Assembly (NCBI GenBank): GCA_913009655.1
Contig: CAJVWI010000007.1
Span: 3,682 to 67,681 of the forward strand
Source of the DNA: an uncultured Cryomorphaceae bacterium
GTDB lineage: Bacteria; Bacteroidota; Bacteroidia; Flavobacteriales; Schleiferiaceae
Length of the DNA: 64,000 nt
Direction: 5' to 3'
This document shows, piece by piece, positions 38,454 through 47,911 of this stretch (its first letter is position 1; every line of letters starts with the position of its first letter). The notes under the pieces are model-generated. The model searched no databases and was not told the DNA's origin. It saw only the letters and a program-made list of their open reading frames with translations. The translations under genes and the position numbers were made by a program.

Positions 38454-39227
38454 ATGAAGATGATTTTATTTTTTAAAAGTCGAACATTCTGGTTCAATCT
38501 AGTTTTAGCCTTTCTTTTTTTGATTTCATTGATGATGCCTTTAAATTGGGTTCTGAATCTAATAACTGGCCATGGTGAAATTCGATATGTTCCAGATGTA
38601 AGGAGTATTTCCTTCAAAGAAGCGCAAGAGACTCTTGGCGAAATCGATTTATTTGCGGAGGTTTTAGATTCTAGCGTATTTTTTGAAAATTTCAAATCAG
38701 GGACTGTTGTTCAACAATACCCAGAGCCAGGTGCTGCAGCAAAAGTTGGTCGAAAAATAAAATTGACAATTAATCGGCATCGAGCGGAACATGTTTACTT
38801 ACCTATTTTGACTGAAAGAACTTTTGAAAGGGCGACATTAGATCTAAGATCTCGAGGTCTTATTCTTGGTAAAGTATCTTACAAGCCAGATTTAGCAGAG
38901 GGGATTGTTTTAGGCGCAAAGGCAAATGGAAAATTTATAAATGGTGGAGATCTAATAAGAAAAGGGACTATTGTAGATCTTTTAGTAGGTAAAATATCTG
39001 GCCCTCCAACTCATTCAGTTCCAAATGTTATTTCTTTAAGTTTAAAACATGCTGTTTTTGCAATTCAAAAAGCAGATTTACAGATCCAAGTTATGGCGGG
39101 AGATCAAAATAATTTAGACGCTTCAATTATTAAACAAAACCCAATTGGGTCAGATTATAAACTAGTTGTGCATGCCGGTGGTGTTATTCAAGTTTGGCTT
39201 TCTGACAATAAAGAACTGAAAAATTAA
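38454..39227 (+). CDS. PASTA domain-containing membrane protein
   Basis: 257 aa with an N-terminal TM helix, then repeated PASTA-like units (VPDVRSISFKEAQETL.., LPILTERTFERATLDL.., VPNVISLSLKHAVFAI..). Confidence 0.7.
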   Translation: MKMILFFKSRTFWFNLVLAFLFLISLMMPLNWVLNLITGHGEIRYVPDVRSISFKEAQETLGEIDLFAEVLDSSVFFENFKSGTVVQQYPEPGAAAKVGRKIKLTINRHRAEHVYLPILTERTFERATLDLRSRGLILGKVSYKPDLAEGIVLGAKANGKFINGGDLIRKGTIVDLLVGKISGPPTHSVPNVISLSLKHAVFAIQKADLQIQVMAGDQNNLDASIIKQNPIGSDYKLVVHAGGVIQVWLSDNKELKN

Positions 39228-39233
39228 TAATAC

Positions 39234-41018
39234 ATGAAATATATTTTATTTTTTATCTCATTTGGTTCTTTCTTTTGGGCTCAAGCGCAATCCCCATTTG
39301 AGGAAATTAGGATGTCTATTTCAACACAAAGTCAATCGAGCCCTCACAAATCTTCAAAATCATCGGATACATTAATTCTTCCGTTTATTGATGGATTTAA
39401 TAATGGTTTACGGTCGGAGTGGACATCATTGGGAGTTGTGCAGGCGAATAATTGGTCAAAAGACCCATTGTCCTCTGGTGCTGCTGTCTTTGATGGAGTT
39501 TCTTTTAATGGCGAGGCATATCAACCTGGAGTTATTAATAATGATTCAATTACGGATGTCTTAATTTCTCCGTATTTTAATTTCCAAGGAGCCGGAGATA
39601 TAGTATTGTCTTTTTTTATTCAAAATGGTGGTTGGGGAGATCCAACAGAGACTCAAGATTCACTAATCATACACTTTTGGAATCCCTCAGATTCATCTTG
39701 GATTCATGGAGGTTCATTGCAAGGAGGGGGAGATCAAGAAAAGTGGCATGCTGCTGCATTCTCTTTTCCATCAATGTTAAATGGGCAAAAGGGAGTTAGA
39801 TTTAAATTATCTCGTTTCGCCTCGCCGGGAGGAATGTTTGACCATTTTCTAATCGATTATTTGGAAGTTGGAGCAAATAGAACTCCTAGTGATACCCTTT
39901 TATTTGATCCTTCATGGACTAGAATTCCGAGTTCTATAACTCGAATATTTCATGAGATACCTTGGTGGCACTATAATTCATTAATTTTGGAAAGGGACAG
40001 TTTGACAGTGTCCTACAGAAGAAATGGAATTCCTCCAGTCGGGGGTTGGCAATTGAATCTCGGGAAATATGTTTGGGAAGACGATAATGGAAATGCAATA
40101 GCTTCTCGTCTGAGCGTTCCAGTTGTAACAAACTTGGTTCATAACGTTAGTACTCCGTATCAATTTTCAATATCAAAGCCAGGTATAAATATGCTGGGGC
40201 CCTCAAAATGGAAATTTAAGGGATGGTTTGATGGAGAGAATGTTGGGGAATTATTTAATGACACATTGAAAATAATTCAGGAATTCGGTTCTAGATATGC
40301 ACAGGAGGATGGTTCTGCTGAGCGCTCTTATGGCGTCTCACAGGGCACAGAGCCTAGACTTGCTCAAGAGTTTAATTTTATTTTAGGAGATACTATTGTA
40401 GGACTTGATTTGTCAATTGCCCCAGCAGGATATGACTGGTCAGATATGACATTCAAAATTGGTATTTGGGAGGTAGATAGTTCAGGTCTTCCTGGAGATG
40501 CGATATACATATCAGATTCTTCTTTCTCACCAGTTCTTCCATATGCGAAATCCCCTTTTCGTCATTTTATTTTGGACACAAATGGAATTTATGTCCCAAA
40601 AAAGGTTTTTATTGGTATAATTCAGACTACTGGTCCAGCAATCACCATAGGATTGGACTTGCATACTAACGGAGGAAAAGTTTATGGTGATCTAAATGGT
40701 TGGTTTCCATCTCTTCTTCCAGGTAGACTTTTAGTGCGTCCATTATTGAGAAATATACCCGATGACCTTGGTTCTTTTGCCACGGATAATTCAGAAATAA
40801 TTAAGTTATTTCCCAACCCGACGCATCAATTTTTTAATTTAATCAACGCTAAAAAATTTGAAAAATTTGAGATTTATTCTCAATTAGGAGAGAAAATCTA
40901 TCAATTTTCTGCTGATCAATACGGGAAAGCAACACACTCTTCAATTTCCTGGCCAAATGGAATGTATTTCATCAAAGGCCAATATGGTACTAATCTTCGA
41001 CTAGTAGTCCTGAAATGA
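39234..41018 (+). CDS. secreted protein of unknown function with a T9SS C-terminal sorting domain
   Basis: 594 aa. Signal peptide MKYILFFISFGSFFWAQAQ. The C-terminal ~80 aa (KLFPNPTHQFFNL...GMYFIKGQYGTNLRLVVLK) match the type-A Por secretion-tail pattern. Confidence 0.65.
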   Translation: MKYILFFISFGSFFWAQAQSPFEEIRMSISTQSQSSPHKSSKSSDTLILPFIDGFNNGLRSEWTSLGVVQANNWSKDPLSSGAAVFDGVSFNGEAYQPGVINNDSITDVLISPYFNFQGAGDIVLSFFIQNGGWGDPTETQDSLIIHFWNPSDSSWIHGGSLQGGGDQEKWHAAAFSFPSMLNGQKGVRFKLSRFASPGGMFDHFLIDYLEVGANRTPSDTLLFDPSWTRIPSSITRIFHEIPWWHYNSLILERDSLTVSYRRNGIPPVGGWQLNLGKYVWEDDNGNAIASRLSVPVVTNLVHNVSTPYQFSISKPGINMLGPSKWKFKGWFDGENVGELFNDTLKIIQEFGSRYAQEDGSAERSYGVSQGTEPRLAQEFNFILGDTIVGLDLSIAPAGYDWSDMTFKIGIWEVDSSGLPGDAIYISDSSFSPVLPYAKSPFRHFILDTNGIYVPKKVFIGIIQTTGPAITIGLDLHTNGGKVYGDLNGWFPSLLPGRLLVRPLLRNIPDDLGSFATDNSEIIKLFPNPTHQFFNLINAKKFEKFEIYSQLGEKIYQFSADQYGKATHSSISWPNGMYFIKGQYGTNLRLVVLK

Positions 41019-42055
41019 TAGACGATAAGTTAGATCACAAACATGAAGATGAAGAGCTATTTGAGCACTTTACTTTTGTTGCAGACGATGGCCAGCAATT
41101 GCTTAGAGTGGATAAGTTTTTAATCAACTTAATGCGTCAAACATCTCGCAATCGAATTCAAAAAGCAGCTGAGGCAGGAGCAATTAGGGTTAATGGTAAA
41201 TCAGTAAAAAGTAATTATCGAGTTCGCCCTGGTGATCGAGTGGCTCTTGTCTTAGCATACCCTCCTAGGGTAATAGAGTTATTACCAGAAAATCTTTTTT
41301 TAGATATTGTCTATAAAGACTCTGAATTGGCAGTTGTAAATAAACCTTCAGGTATGGTTGTTCACCCTTCTTATGGTCACTATTCAGGAACATTAGTCAA
41401 TGGTTTGTTACATGAATTTCAGTCGCTACCAGAAGCAAGTGATAGTGAAAGGCCAGGCTTGGTTCATCGAATAGATAAAGACACTACAGGGATACTAGTT
41501 GTGGCTAGAAATGAGTATACACTTGCTTTTTTAGCAAAACAATTTGCAGATCATACAACTGAACGTGAATATCATGCTATTGCTTGGGGAAATATAAAAC
41601 AAGAATCAGGTACTATTATTGGTAATGTAGGAAGAAGCTTGCGGGATAGAAAAATAATGTCTGTTTTCCCCGATGGGAAACACGGTAAAGAAGCAACAAC
41701 TCATTTTAAGGTTTTAGAAAGATTTGGTTTTGCAACACTAATTTCTTGCCGCCTTGAAACGGGAAGAACTCATCAGATAAGGGTACATTTCCAGTCAATT
41801 GGTCATTCTTTATTTGGTGATCAAACTTATGGGGGAGACAGGATACCAAATATCCATGGGTATCCCAGATTTAAGAGTTTTATGGAAAATAACTTAAGCC
41901 TTTGCCCACGTCAAGCATTGCATGCAAGATTGTTAGGCTTTGTTCATCCAGTAACATTACAAAAAGTAAAATTTGAAATACCTCTTGCAGAGGATATTAG
42001 TCAAATTTTAGATAGGTTTAGAGTTTATGCTACCTCTGGGAAAATAATAGATTAA
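41015..42055 (+). CDS. rluD: RluA-family 23S rRNA pseudouridine synthase (RluD-like)
   Basis: 346 aa. N-terminal S4 domain (RVDKFL..SR..IQK), catalytic motif HRIDKDTTGILVVA, and the TGRTHQIR motif. Confidence 0.9.
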   Translation: MIDDKLDHKHEDEELFEHFTFVADDGQQLLRVDKFLINLMRQTSRNRIQKAAEAGAIRVNGKSVKSNYRVRPGDRVALVLAYPPRVIELLPENLFLDIVYKDSELAVVNKPSGMVVHPSYGHYSGTLVNGLLHEFQSLPEASDSERPGLVHRIDKDTTGILVVARNEYTLAFLAKQFADHTTEREYHAIAWGNIKQESGTIIGNVGRSLRDRKIMSVFPDGKHGKEATTHFKVLERFGFATLISCRLETGRTHQIRVHFQSIGHSLFGDQTYGGDRIPNIHGYPRFKSFMENNLSLCPRQALHARLLGFVHPVTLQKVKFEIPLAEDISQILDRFRVYATSGKIID

Positions 42056-42058
42056 TGT

Positions 42059-43825
42059 TCAAAAAAGAGACTCATAACCTTCTGAGTACATCGATAAAAT
42101 AGGCTTTCGACGCAATTTCATAGTTGGGGTTAAGTGACCCGAAGGAATAGTCCAAGCTTCATTACAAACGTATATCTTCTTTACTTGCTCCCATTTCGCA
42201 AATTGTTCATTTTTCGCTTCTATTTCTTTATTTATTCTTGAAATAACTTCAGGGTTTTTGACCATCTCTTCATTTGAAATAAATTTTATTTTTTTCCTCA
42301 CACACCATGATGCAATGAAATCAAATTGTGGTTGTATCAGTAAAACAGGGAACTTTTTATTTTCTCCTGCGACCATACATTGTTCAATAAAAGGTGACTC
42401 TTTAAAAACATTTTCCATATTCTGAGGCGCTATATACTTACCCCCCGAAGTTTTAAATATTTCTTTTTTTCTGTCAGTAATTTTGAGATATCCACCTTCT
42501 AGTATTTTCCCAATATCTCCAGTTCTAAACCACCCGTCTTCTGTCATGACTTCAGCCGTTAAGTCAGGACGACCATAATAACCCATCATTATATTAGGCC
42601 CTTTTGCAAGTATTTCTCCATCAGAATCTAATTTGATCTCAACTCCAGTTAAAGGAGGCCCAACTGTTCCCAATACATGACCTTTGCCTGTGGGTAAATT
42701 CACTGTTAGTACAGGGGAAGTCTCGGTTAAACCATAACCTTCTTGAATATTCACCCCTGCTCCAGCAAATATTCTTGCTAATTTAGGATTCAGAGCTGCT
42801 GCACCTGAGGCAATTGCTAATACTTTTCCTCCTAAAGCTTCCTTCCATTTAGAGAATATAATTTTTCTTGCTATTTTTAGTTGAAACTTATAAAATGGAG
42901 ATTTTCCTTCGTGCTCATATTGTTCTGCAAGTCCCACGGCCCAGAAAAATAATAAACGTTTTATTCCGGATAGATTTTTTCCTTTATCCATGATGCGATC
43001 AAATACCTTTTCTAATAACCTTGGGACAGCAGAGAAAACTTCCGGATGAATTTCGCGTAAATTATCTCCAATAGTTTCTAAACTTTCGGCGTAATAAGTC
43101 CCTACTCCTGTTTTCATGTAAACATAAACAAGTACTCTTTCATAGCTGTGGCAAAGAGGTAAAAAGCTTAAGCCTTTTGCTACGGGATCGACCGGAAGCC
43201 TTTCCGCTGCTCCAATGGCATTCTGAGTTATATTGTTGTGGCTAAGCATAACTCCCTTAGGAGTACCAGTTGTTCCTGAAGTGTAAATTAAAGTTGCTAA
43301 TTCTTCAGGTTTAACACTGGCCATCCGTTTATCTAGCTCTGTTTGATGTTTCTCATCTCCTTGAGATAAAACGACATCCCATGAGTCACAATTATTAATT
43401 GGTTCAAATGAAAAGATGTTTTTTAAACTTGGGACTTGATCTTTTATTGCATTTACTTTATCAAATAACCCCTCATCGCTCAGGAAACAATATTTTACTT
43501 CTGCATCATTGAATATAAAATTGTAATCTTCTGATGTTATTGTTGGATAAACAGGAACATCAATTGCTCCAACGCTTAAAATTGCCTGGTCGCAAACGTT
43601 CCATTCCATTCTATTATTAGTAGATATAATTGCGATTTTGTCACCTGGTTTAACGCCTAAATCTATCAGTCCTCTAGCCAGTTTCTCAGCCTTATCAATG
43701 TATTCTTGAGTTGATAAAGATTTCCATACACCCTTTAATTTAGTATTTAGAGCATCCTTTCTAGGATGGTTCTTTAGAGCATAATAAGCAAAATCAAATA
43801 ATCTTTTAGGTTCCTGGTTATCCAT
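42059..43825 (-). CDS. long-chain fatty acid--CoA ligase (AMP-binding enzyme)
   Basis: 588 aa. AMP-binding motif IYTSGTTGTPKGVMLSH, plus GYGLTETSP and TGDIG..LKITDRKKEIFKTSGGKYIAP. Confidence 0.85.
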   Translation of the reverse strand: MDNQEPKRLFDFAYYALKNHPRKDALNTKLKGVWKSLSTQEYIDKAEKLARGLIDLGVKPGDKIAIISTNNRMEWNVCDQAILSVGAIDVPVYPTITSEDYNFIFNDAEVKYCFLSDEGLFDKVNAIKDQVPSLKNIFSFEPINNCDSWDVVLSQGDEKHQTELDKRMASVKPEELATLIYTSGTTGTPKGVMLSHNNITQNAIGAAERLPVDPVAKGLSFLPLCHSYERVLVYVYMKTGVGTYYAESLETIGDNLREIHPEVFSAVPRLLEKVFDRIMDKGKNLSGIKRLLFFWAVGLAEQYEHEGKSPFYKFQLKIARKIIFSKWKEALGGKVLAIASGAAALNPKLARIFAGAGVNIQEGYGLTETSPVLTVNLPTGKGHVLGTVGPPLTGVEIKLDSDGEILAKGPNIMMGYYGRPDLTAEVMTEDGWFRTGDIGKILEGGYLKITDRKKEIFKTSGGKYIAPQNMENVFKESPFIEQCMVAGENKKFPVLLIQPQFDFIASWCVRKKIKFISNEEMVKNPEVISRINKEIEAKNEQFAKWEQVKKIYVCNEAWTIPSGHLTPTMKLRRKPILSMYSEGYESLF

Positions 43826-43848
43826 AGTTAGAGTTATAATTCATTTAG

Positions 43849-45618
43849 TTATTTCGCATGATTAACATAAACCTGTTCACCATGTATCCATGTTTCTGAT
43901 ACTTTTAATTTTGATATGCTGTCTTCAGGACATCTTATGATATCAGTTGTAAAGATGCTAAAATTTGCCCACATTCCTACTTTAATTTGACCAACTTCTT
44001 TTTCTTGGAAAGAGGCATATGCGGCATCTCTAGTCATTCCAATTAATGCTTGTTCTCTGGTTAGTGCTTCTTGAATTTGAAAACTTTTTTCTGAGTTCTG
44101 ATCTAATGATTTTCTTGAAATTGCAGCATAGATAGTGTACATTGGGTTCATCGATTCTACAGGGAAATCTGTGCCTAAAGGTAGAATTCCCCCACTTGAT
44201 TTTCTTAGTGATGAATAAGAATAGGCATATGATATCCTCTCTGGTCCGATACGATCCATGGACCAACTCATATCACTTGTAGCATGAGAAGGTTGAACAG
44301 AAGGTATTATCCCAAGTCCAAAAGTTGATCTGTCATCTGGATGAACTATCTGGGCATGTTCAATTCTCCACCTTAAATCTTTTTTTTTAGTGTATTGATA
44401 AATTTTTTTATATATATTCAACATTCTTCTATTCGCAGAGTCTCCAATTGAGTGAGTATTCATTTGCCATCCATTATTAAATAATCGTTCAGCGGCAGAT
44501 TTCATATAATCGAAGCTCCGAACTTCAAAACCAAAATGATTTTCTCTATCAGAATATGATTCTCGCATTAGGGCCCCTCTGCTCCCTAGTGATCCATCCG
44601 AGTAAAACTTAAAGCTTCTTACATCTAGTAGATTTGTCTTCAGTGGCCCAGATTTAATCCAAAAATCTAGTTCACTGGGACTTTCACTTACCATCACATA
44701 AAGAGGCATTTTTAGTTTTTTCTTTTTCTGAAGTTCATCAATTAGTATTATATCTTCCCTAGGTAGGCCAGCTTCATGAATTCCCGTTAGTCCATATTCA
44801 AATGCTTTTTCTTGAGCTGCCAATAGTGCTTCTGACTTTTCGTCATTACTAGGTTTTGTTATCAATAAAAGTGACTGTGCATTATCTATTAGCAGTCCTG
44901 TTAAATTTTCATTTTCTTTTAGTATTTCTCCCCCTTCAATTTTACTATTTAGATCGATTTTTGATTGTTTCAGAGCAACGGAATTGCCTAAAATAGCATG
45001 TCCATCTATGCGACTCAGTATAATAGGTTTGTCACTGATTTTTTCTAAAGATGAATTATTTGGAAATTTTTTAATTGCCCAATCATTTTGATCCCAGCCT
45101 TGTCCGCGATAAACTTTTTCATTAGGATTATTTTTTATAAATTTTTTAACTCTTTCAATACATTCCTCCCAAGATGCAGTTCCTGCCAGATCTATAGACT
45201 TTAAGGCAAGACCCTGCCATAGAAAATGGGCATGCGCATCAATAAATCCAGGATAAACGTAAGCTCCTTTGAGATCAGTAATGCCTGATTTTGATATGTA
45301 ATTATAAGGAATTTGATATAAAACGCTATCTATTTTGCCATCTACAATAGATAAATTTCCGCAGATGTAATAAATTGAATCATTATAAAATTGTGCAATG
45401 TTTCCATTTGTCAAAATCTTATCTACTTTATTAATAAAGTAACCTCCTGTGGAGGTATTATTATTTAACAAGCTGTCAACCTCATCTAGCAGTTTTCGTG
45501 TTTGATTGATGTTATCTTGAAGATTAGAGCCAAGGAATTGCATGCTTATCGATGTTGACGAGCATCCAATAAAACTAACAATTAGTAGTGAAAAAAATAT
45601 CTTTAATAATGAATTCAT
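43849..45618 (-). CDS. amidohydrolase-family lipoprotein (YtcJ-like metal-dependent hydrolase)
   Basis: 589 aa. Lipobox LIVSFIGC and the metal-binding motif PGFIDAHAHF, with a later HSIGD and GTDFPVE. Confidence 0.72.
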   Translation of the reverse strand: MNSLLKIFFSLLIVSFIGCSSTSISMQFLGSNLQDNINQTRKLLDEVDSLLNNNTSTGGYFINKVDKILTNGNIAQFYNDSIYYICGNLSIVDGKIDSVLYQIPYNYISKSGITDLKGAYVYPGFIDAHAHFLWQGLALKSIDLAGTASWEECIERVKKFIKNNPNEKVYRGQGWDQNDWAIKKFPNNSSLEKISDKPIILSRIDGHAILGNSVALKQSKIDLNSKIEGGEILKENENLTGLLIDNAQSLLLITKPSNDEKSEALLAAQEKAFEYGLTGIHEAGLPREDIILIDELQKKKKLKMPLYVMVSESPSELDFWIKSGPLKTNLLDVRSFKFYSDGSLGSRGALMRESYSDRENHFGFEVRSFDYMKSAAERLFNNGWQMNTHSIGDSANRRMLNIYKKIYQYTKKKDLRWRIEHAQIVHPDDRSTFGLGIIPSVQPSHATSDMSWSMDRIGPERISYAYSYSSLRKSSGGILPLGTDFPVESMNPMYTIYAAISRKSLDQNSEKSFQIQEALTREQALIGMTRDAAYASFQEKEVGQIKVGMWANFSIFTTDIIRCPEDSISKLKVSETWIHGEQVYVNHAK

Positions 45619-45644
45619 AGATCTAAGGTAGTTATGCCTGGTTG

Positions 45645-45652
45645 TACCTTTG
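45645..45652 (+). promoter_or_regulatory. Bacteroidota -7 box (TACCTTTG) for purL
   Basis: Exact TAnnTTTG, 18 nt upstream of ATG 45671. Confidence 0.45.
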
Positions 45653-45670
45653 AGTTAAAGAATATAGCAC

Positions 45671-47902
45671 ATGGATTCATTATCATCTACAACTGTCGAA
45701 ACTGCTCAGGAATTGGGTCTGTTGCCTGAAGAATATGATGAAATCTGTAATGTATTGGGTAGGACTCCAAATTTTACAGAATTGAATATTTATTCTGTTA
45801 TGTGGTCTGAGCATTGCTCATACAAGAATTCGATACAATGGTTAAAAAAATTACCTAAAGATGGGCCGCAAATACTTGCAAAAGCTGGAGAAGAAAATGC
45901 AGGATTAGTTGATATTGGAGAAGGATTAGCATGTTGTTTTAAAATTGAATCACATAATCACCCGTCGGCTTTAGAGCCTTTTCAGGGTGCCGCAACAGGA
46001 GTCGGGGGTATAAATCGTGATATATTCACAATGGGGGCTAGGCCCATTGCTCAATTAAATAGTCTTCGTTTCGGTGACCCTACTTCTGTTCGAACCAAGT
46101 GGCTTGTTAATGGAGTGGTGAAAGGAATCAGTACTTATGGTAATTCTTTTGGCATTCCCACGGTCGGAGGTGAAGTTTATTTTGATAAATGCTACGAACA
46201 GAACCCGCTTGTTAATGCTTTCTCTGCGGGGATAGTTAATGTGGGTGGTCAAATTTCAGCTAAGGCTGAGGGCGTAGGTAATGCAGTTTATATTGTTGGA
46301 AGTTCAACAGGAAGAGATGGGGTTCATGGAGCGGCTTTCGCTTCAAAGGATCTAACTGAAGATAGTGCAAATGATATTCCTTCAGTTCAAGTTGGAGATC
46401 CTTTTCAGGAGAAGCTTTTGCTCGAGGCAACGATGGAATTGGCGAAAATTAAAGCTGTAAAAGGCATGCAAGACATGGGAGCTGCGGGAATAACTTGCTC
46501 GACTAGCGAAATGAGTGCTGGTGGAAAAGTGGGAATGGATATTTGGCTTGATAAAGTCCCAACTCGTCAAGATGGAATGGAGCCTTGGGAGATTCTTCTT
46601 TCAGAATCACAAGAGAGAATGCTAGTTGTAGTAAATAAAGGTCGCGAAAATGATGTTCAAGCGATTTTTGATAAGTGGGACATCCATTGCGAGCAGATTG
46701 GCCTTGTAACAGAGGGGCCATTATTAAGATATTTCTGGAATGATGAAAAAATTGCTGAAATACCAGCTGAATCTCTTGTCCTTGGAGGTGGTGCTCCTGT
46801 TTATCATCGTGAAAGTAAAGAACCCCAATACTTTAAAGAATTTAAAAAATTTGACATAAAAAAAATTCCGGAGCCAAAAGATCTATTGAGCGTTGCGAAA
46901 ATGATAATAGCGTTACCTAATATATCTTCGAAAAAATATATCTATGAGCAATATGATTCTATGGTTGGAACAAAAAATCGCTCTACTAATGAGCCTAGTG
47001 ATGCTGCAATAGTCAATATAAAAGGTTCGAAAAGAGCAATAGCGATGACCGTAGATTGTAATAGTCGATATGTTCACGCTGATCCTGAAGTGGGAACAAT
47101 GATAGCTGTCTCAGAGAATGCAAGAAATATTATATGTTCTGGGGGCGAACCATCTGCGATAACGAATTGTTTAAATTTCGGCAATCCATATAATCCAGAG
47201 GTTTATTGGCAGTTTACTGGTGCGATAAAAGGAATGTCACAGGCTTGTAAGCGATTTTCAACTCCTGTTACAGGGGGTAATGTAAGTTTTTATAACCAAA
47301 CTCAAGTAGGAGATACGATTGAGCCTATTTTTCCAACACCTACAATTGCTATGATTGGTTTGGTGAAAGACATAGATAACGTTACAACAATTCAATACAA
47401 AACTAAAGGAGATTTGATTTATCAAATAGGTCCAACGCATGAAGATATTGCTTCAAGTCAATATCTTGTCAGTGTTCATAACGTTGATGAATCTCCGGCA
47501 CCTATTTTTGATCTGGACGAAGAATTTTCAGTTCAGAAAAAAGTTAAAAATCTTATAAAAAAAGAAATTATATCAAGTGCTCACGATATTTCAGAGGGTG
47601 GTCTTTTTGTCACATTAATGGAGAGTGCCATGCTGTCTAATTTAGGATTTGATATAACTACTGATTCATCTATTAGAAATGATGCCTATCTATTCGGGGA
47701 AAGTCAAAGTCGTATAATAATAACTGTTTCGTCAGACAAAGAAGAGGAATTAATTGATTTCATGATGGCAAAAGATGTTGAATTTCATCTTGTAGGCCAT
47801 GTCACAAAAGGATCCATACGTGTTGATGATCAGGATTGGGGAAATGTCAAGGATTTTGCCAAATTGTACGATAATGCACTAGAAGATATACTCGAGAAAT
47901 AG
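45671..47902 (+). CDS. purL: phosphoribosylformylglycinamidine synthase subunit PurL (small, PurLQS type)
   Basis: 743 aa. Motifs WSEHCSYK, ESHNHPS, GGINRDIF and SESQERML. Confidence 0.94.
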   Translation: MDSLSSTTVETAQELGLLPEEYDEICNVLGRTPNFTELNIYSVMWSEHCSYKNSIQWLKKLPKDGPQILAKAGEENAGLVDIGEGLACCFKIESHNHPSALEPFQGAATGVGGINRDIFTMGARPIAQLNSLRFGDPTSVRTKWLVNGVVKGISTYGNSFGIPTVGGEVYFDKCYEQNPLVNAFSAGIVNVGGQISAKAEGVGNAVYIVGSSTGRDGVHGAAFASKDLTEDSANDIPSVQVGDPFQEKLLLEATMELAKIKAVKGMQDMGAAGITCSTSEMSAGGKVGMDIWLDKVPTRQDGMEPWEILLSESQERMLVVVNKGRENDVQAIFDKWDIHCEQIGLVTEGPLLRYFWNDEKIAEIPAESLVLGGGAPVYHRESKEPQYFKEFKKFDIKKIPEPKDLLSVAKMIIALPNISSKKYIYEQYDSMVGTKNRSTNEPSDAAIVNIKGSKRAIAMTVDCNSRYVHADPEVGTMIAVSENARNIICSGGEPSAITNCLNFGNPYNPEVYWQFTGAIKGMSQACKRFSTPVTGGNVSFYNQTQVGDTIEPIFPTPTIAMIGLVKDIDNVTTIQYKTKGDLIYQIGPTHEDIASSQYLVSVHNVDESPAPIFDLDEEFSVQKKVKNLIKKEIISSAHDISEGGLFVTLMESAMLSNLGFDITTDSSIRNDAYLFGESQSRIIITVSSDKEEELIDFMMAKDVEFHLVGHVTKGSIRVDDQDWGNVKDFAKLYDNALEDILEK

Positions 47903-47911
47903 TAATTATGA

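Noticed and set aside
38387-38695. A 102-aa minus-strand ORF spanning the ddl start, the ddl/PASTA spacer and the PASTA gene start.
   Set aside because: It overlaps two supported genes and both of their -7 boxes, and its sequence has no recognisable features. It is most likely a chance ORF.
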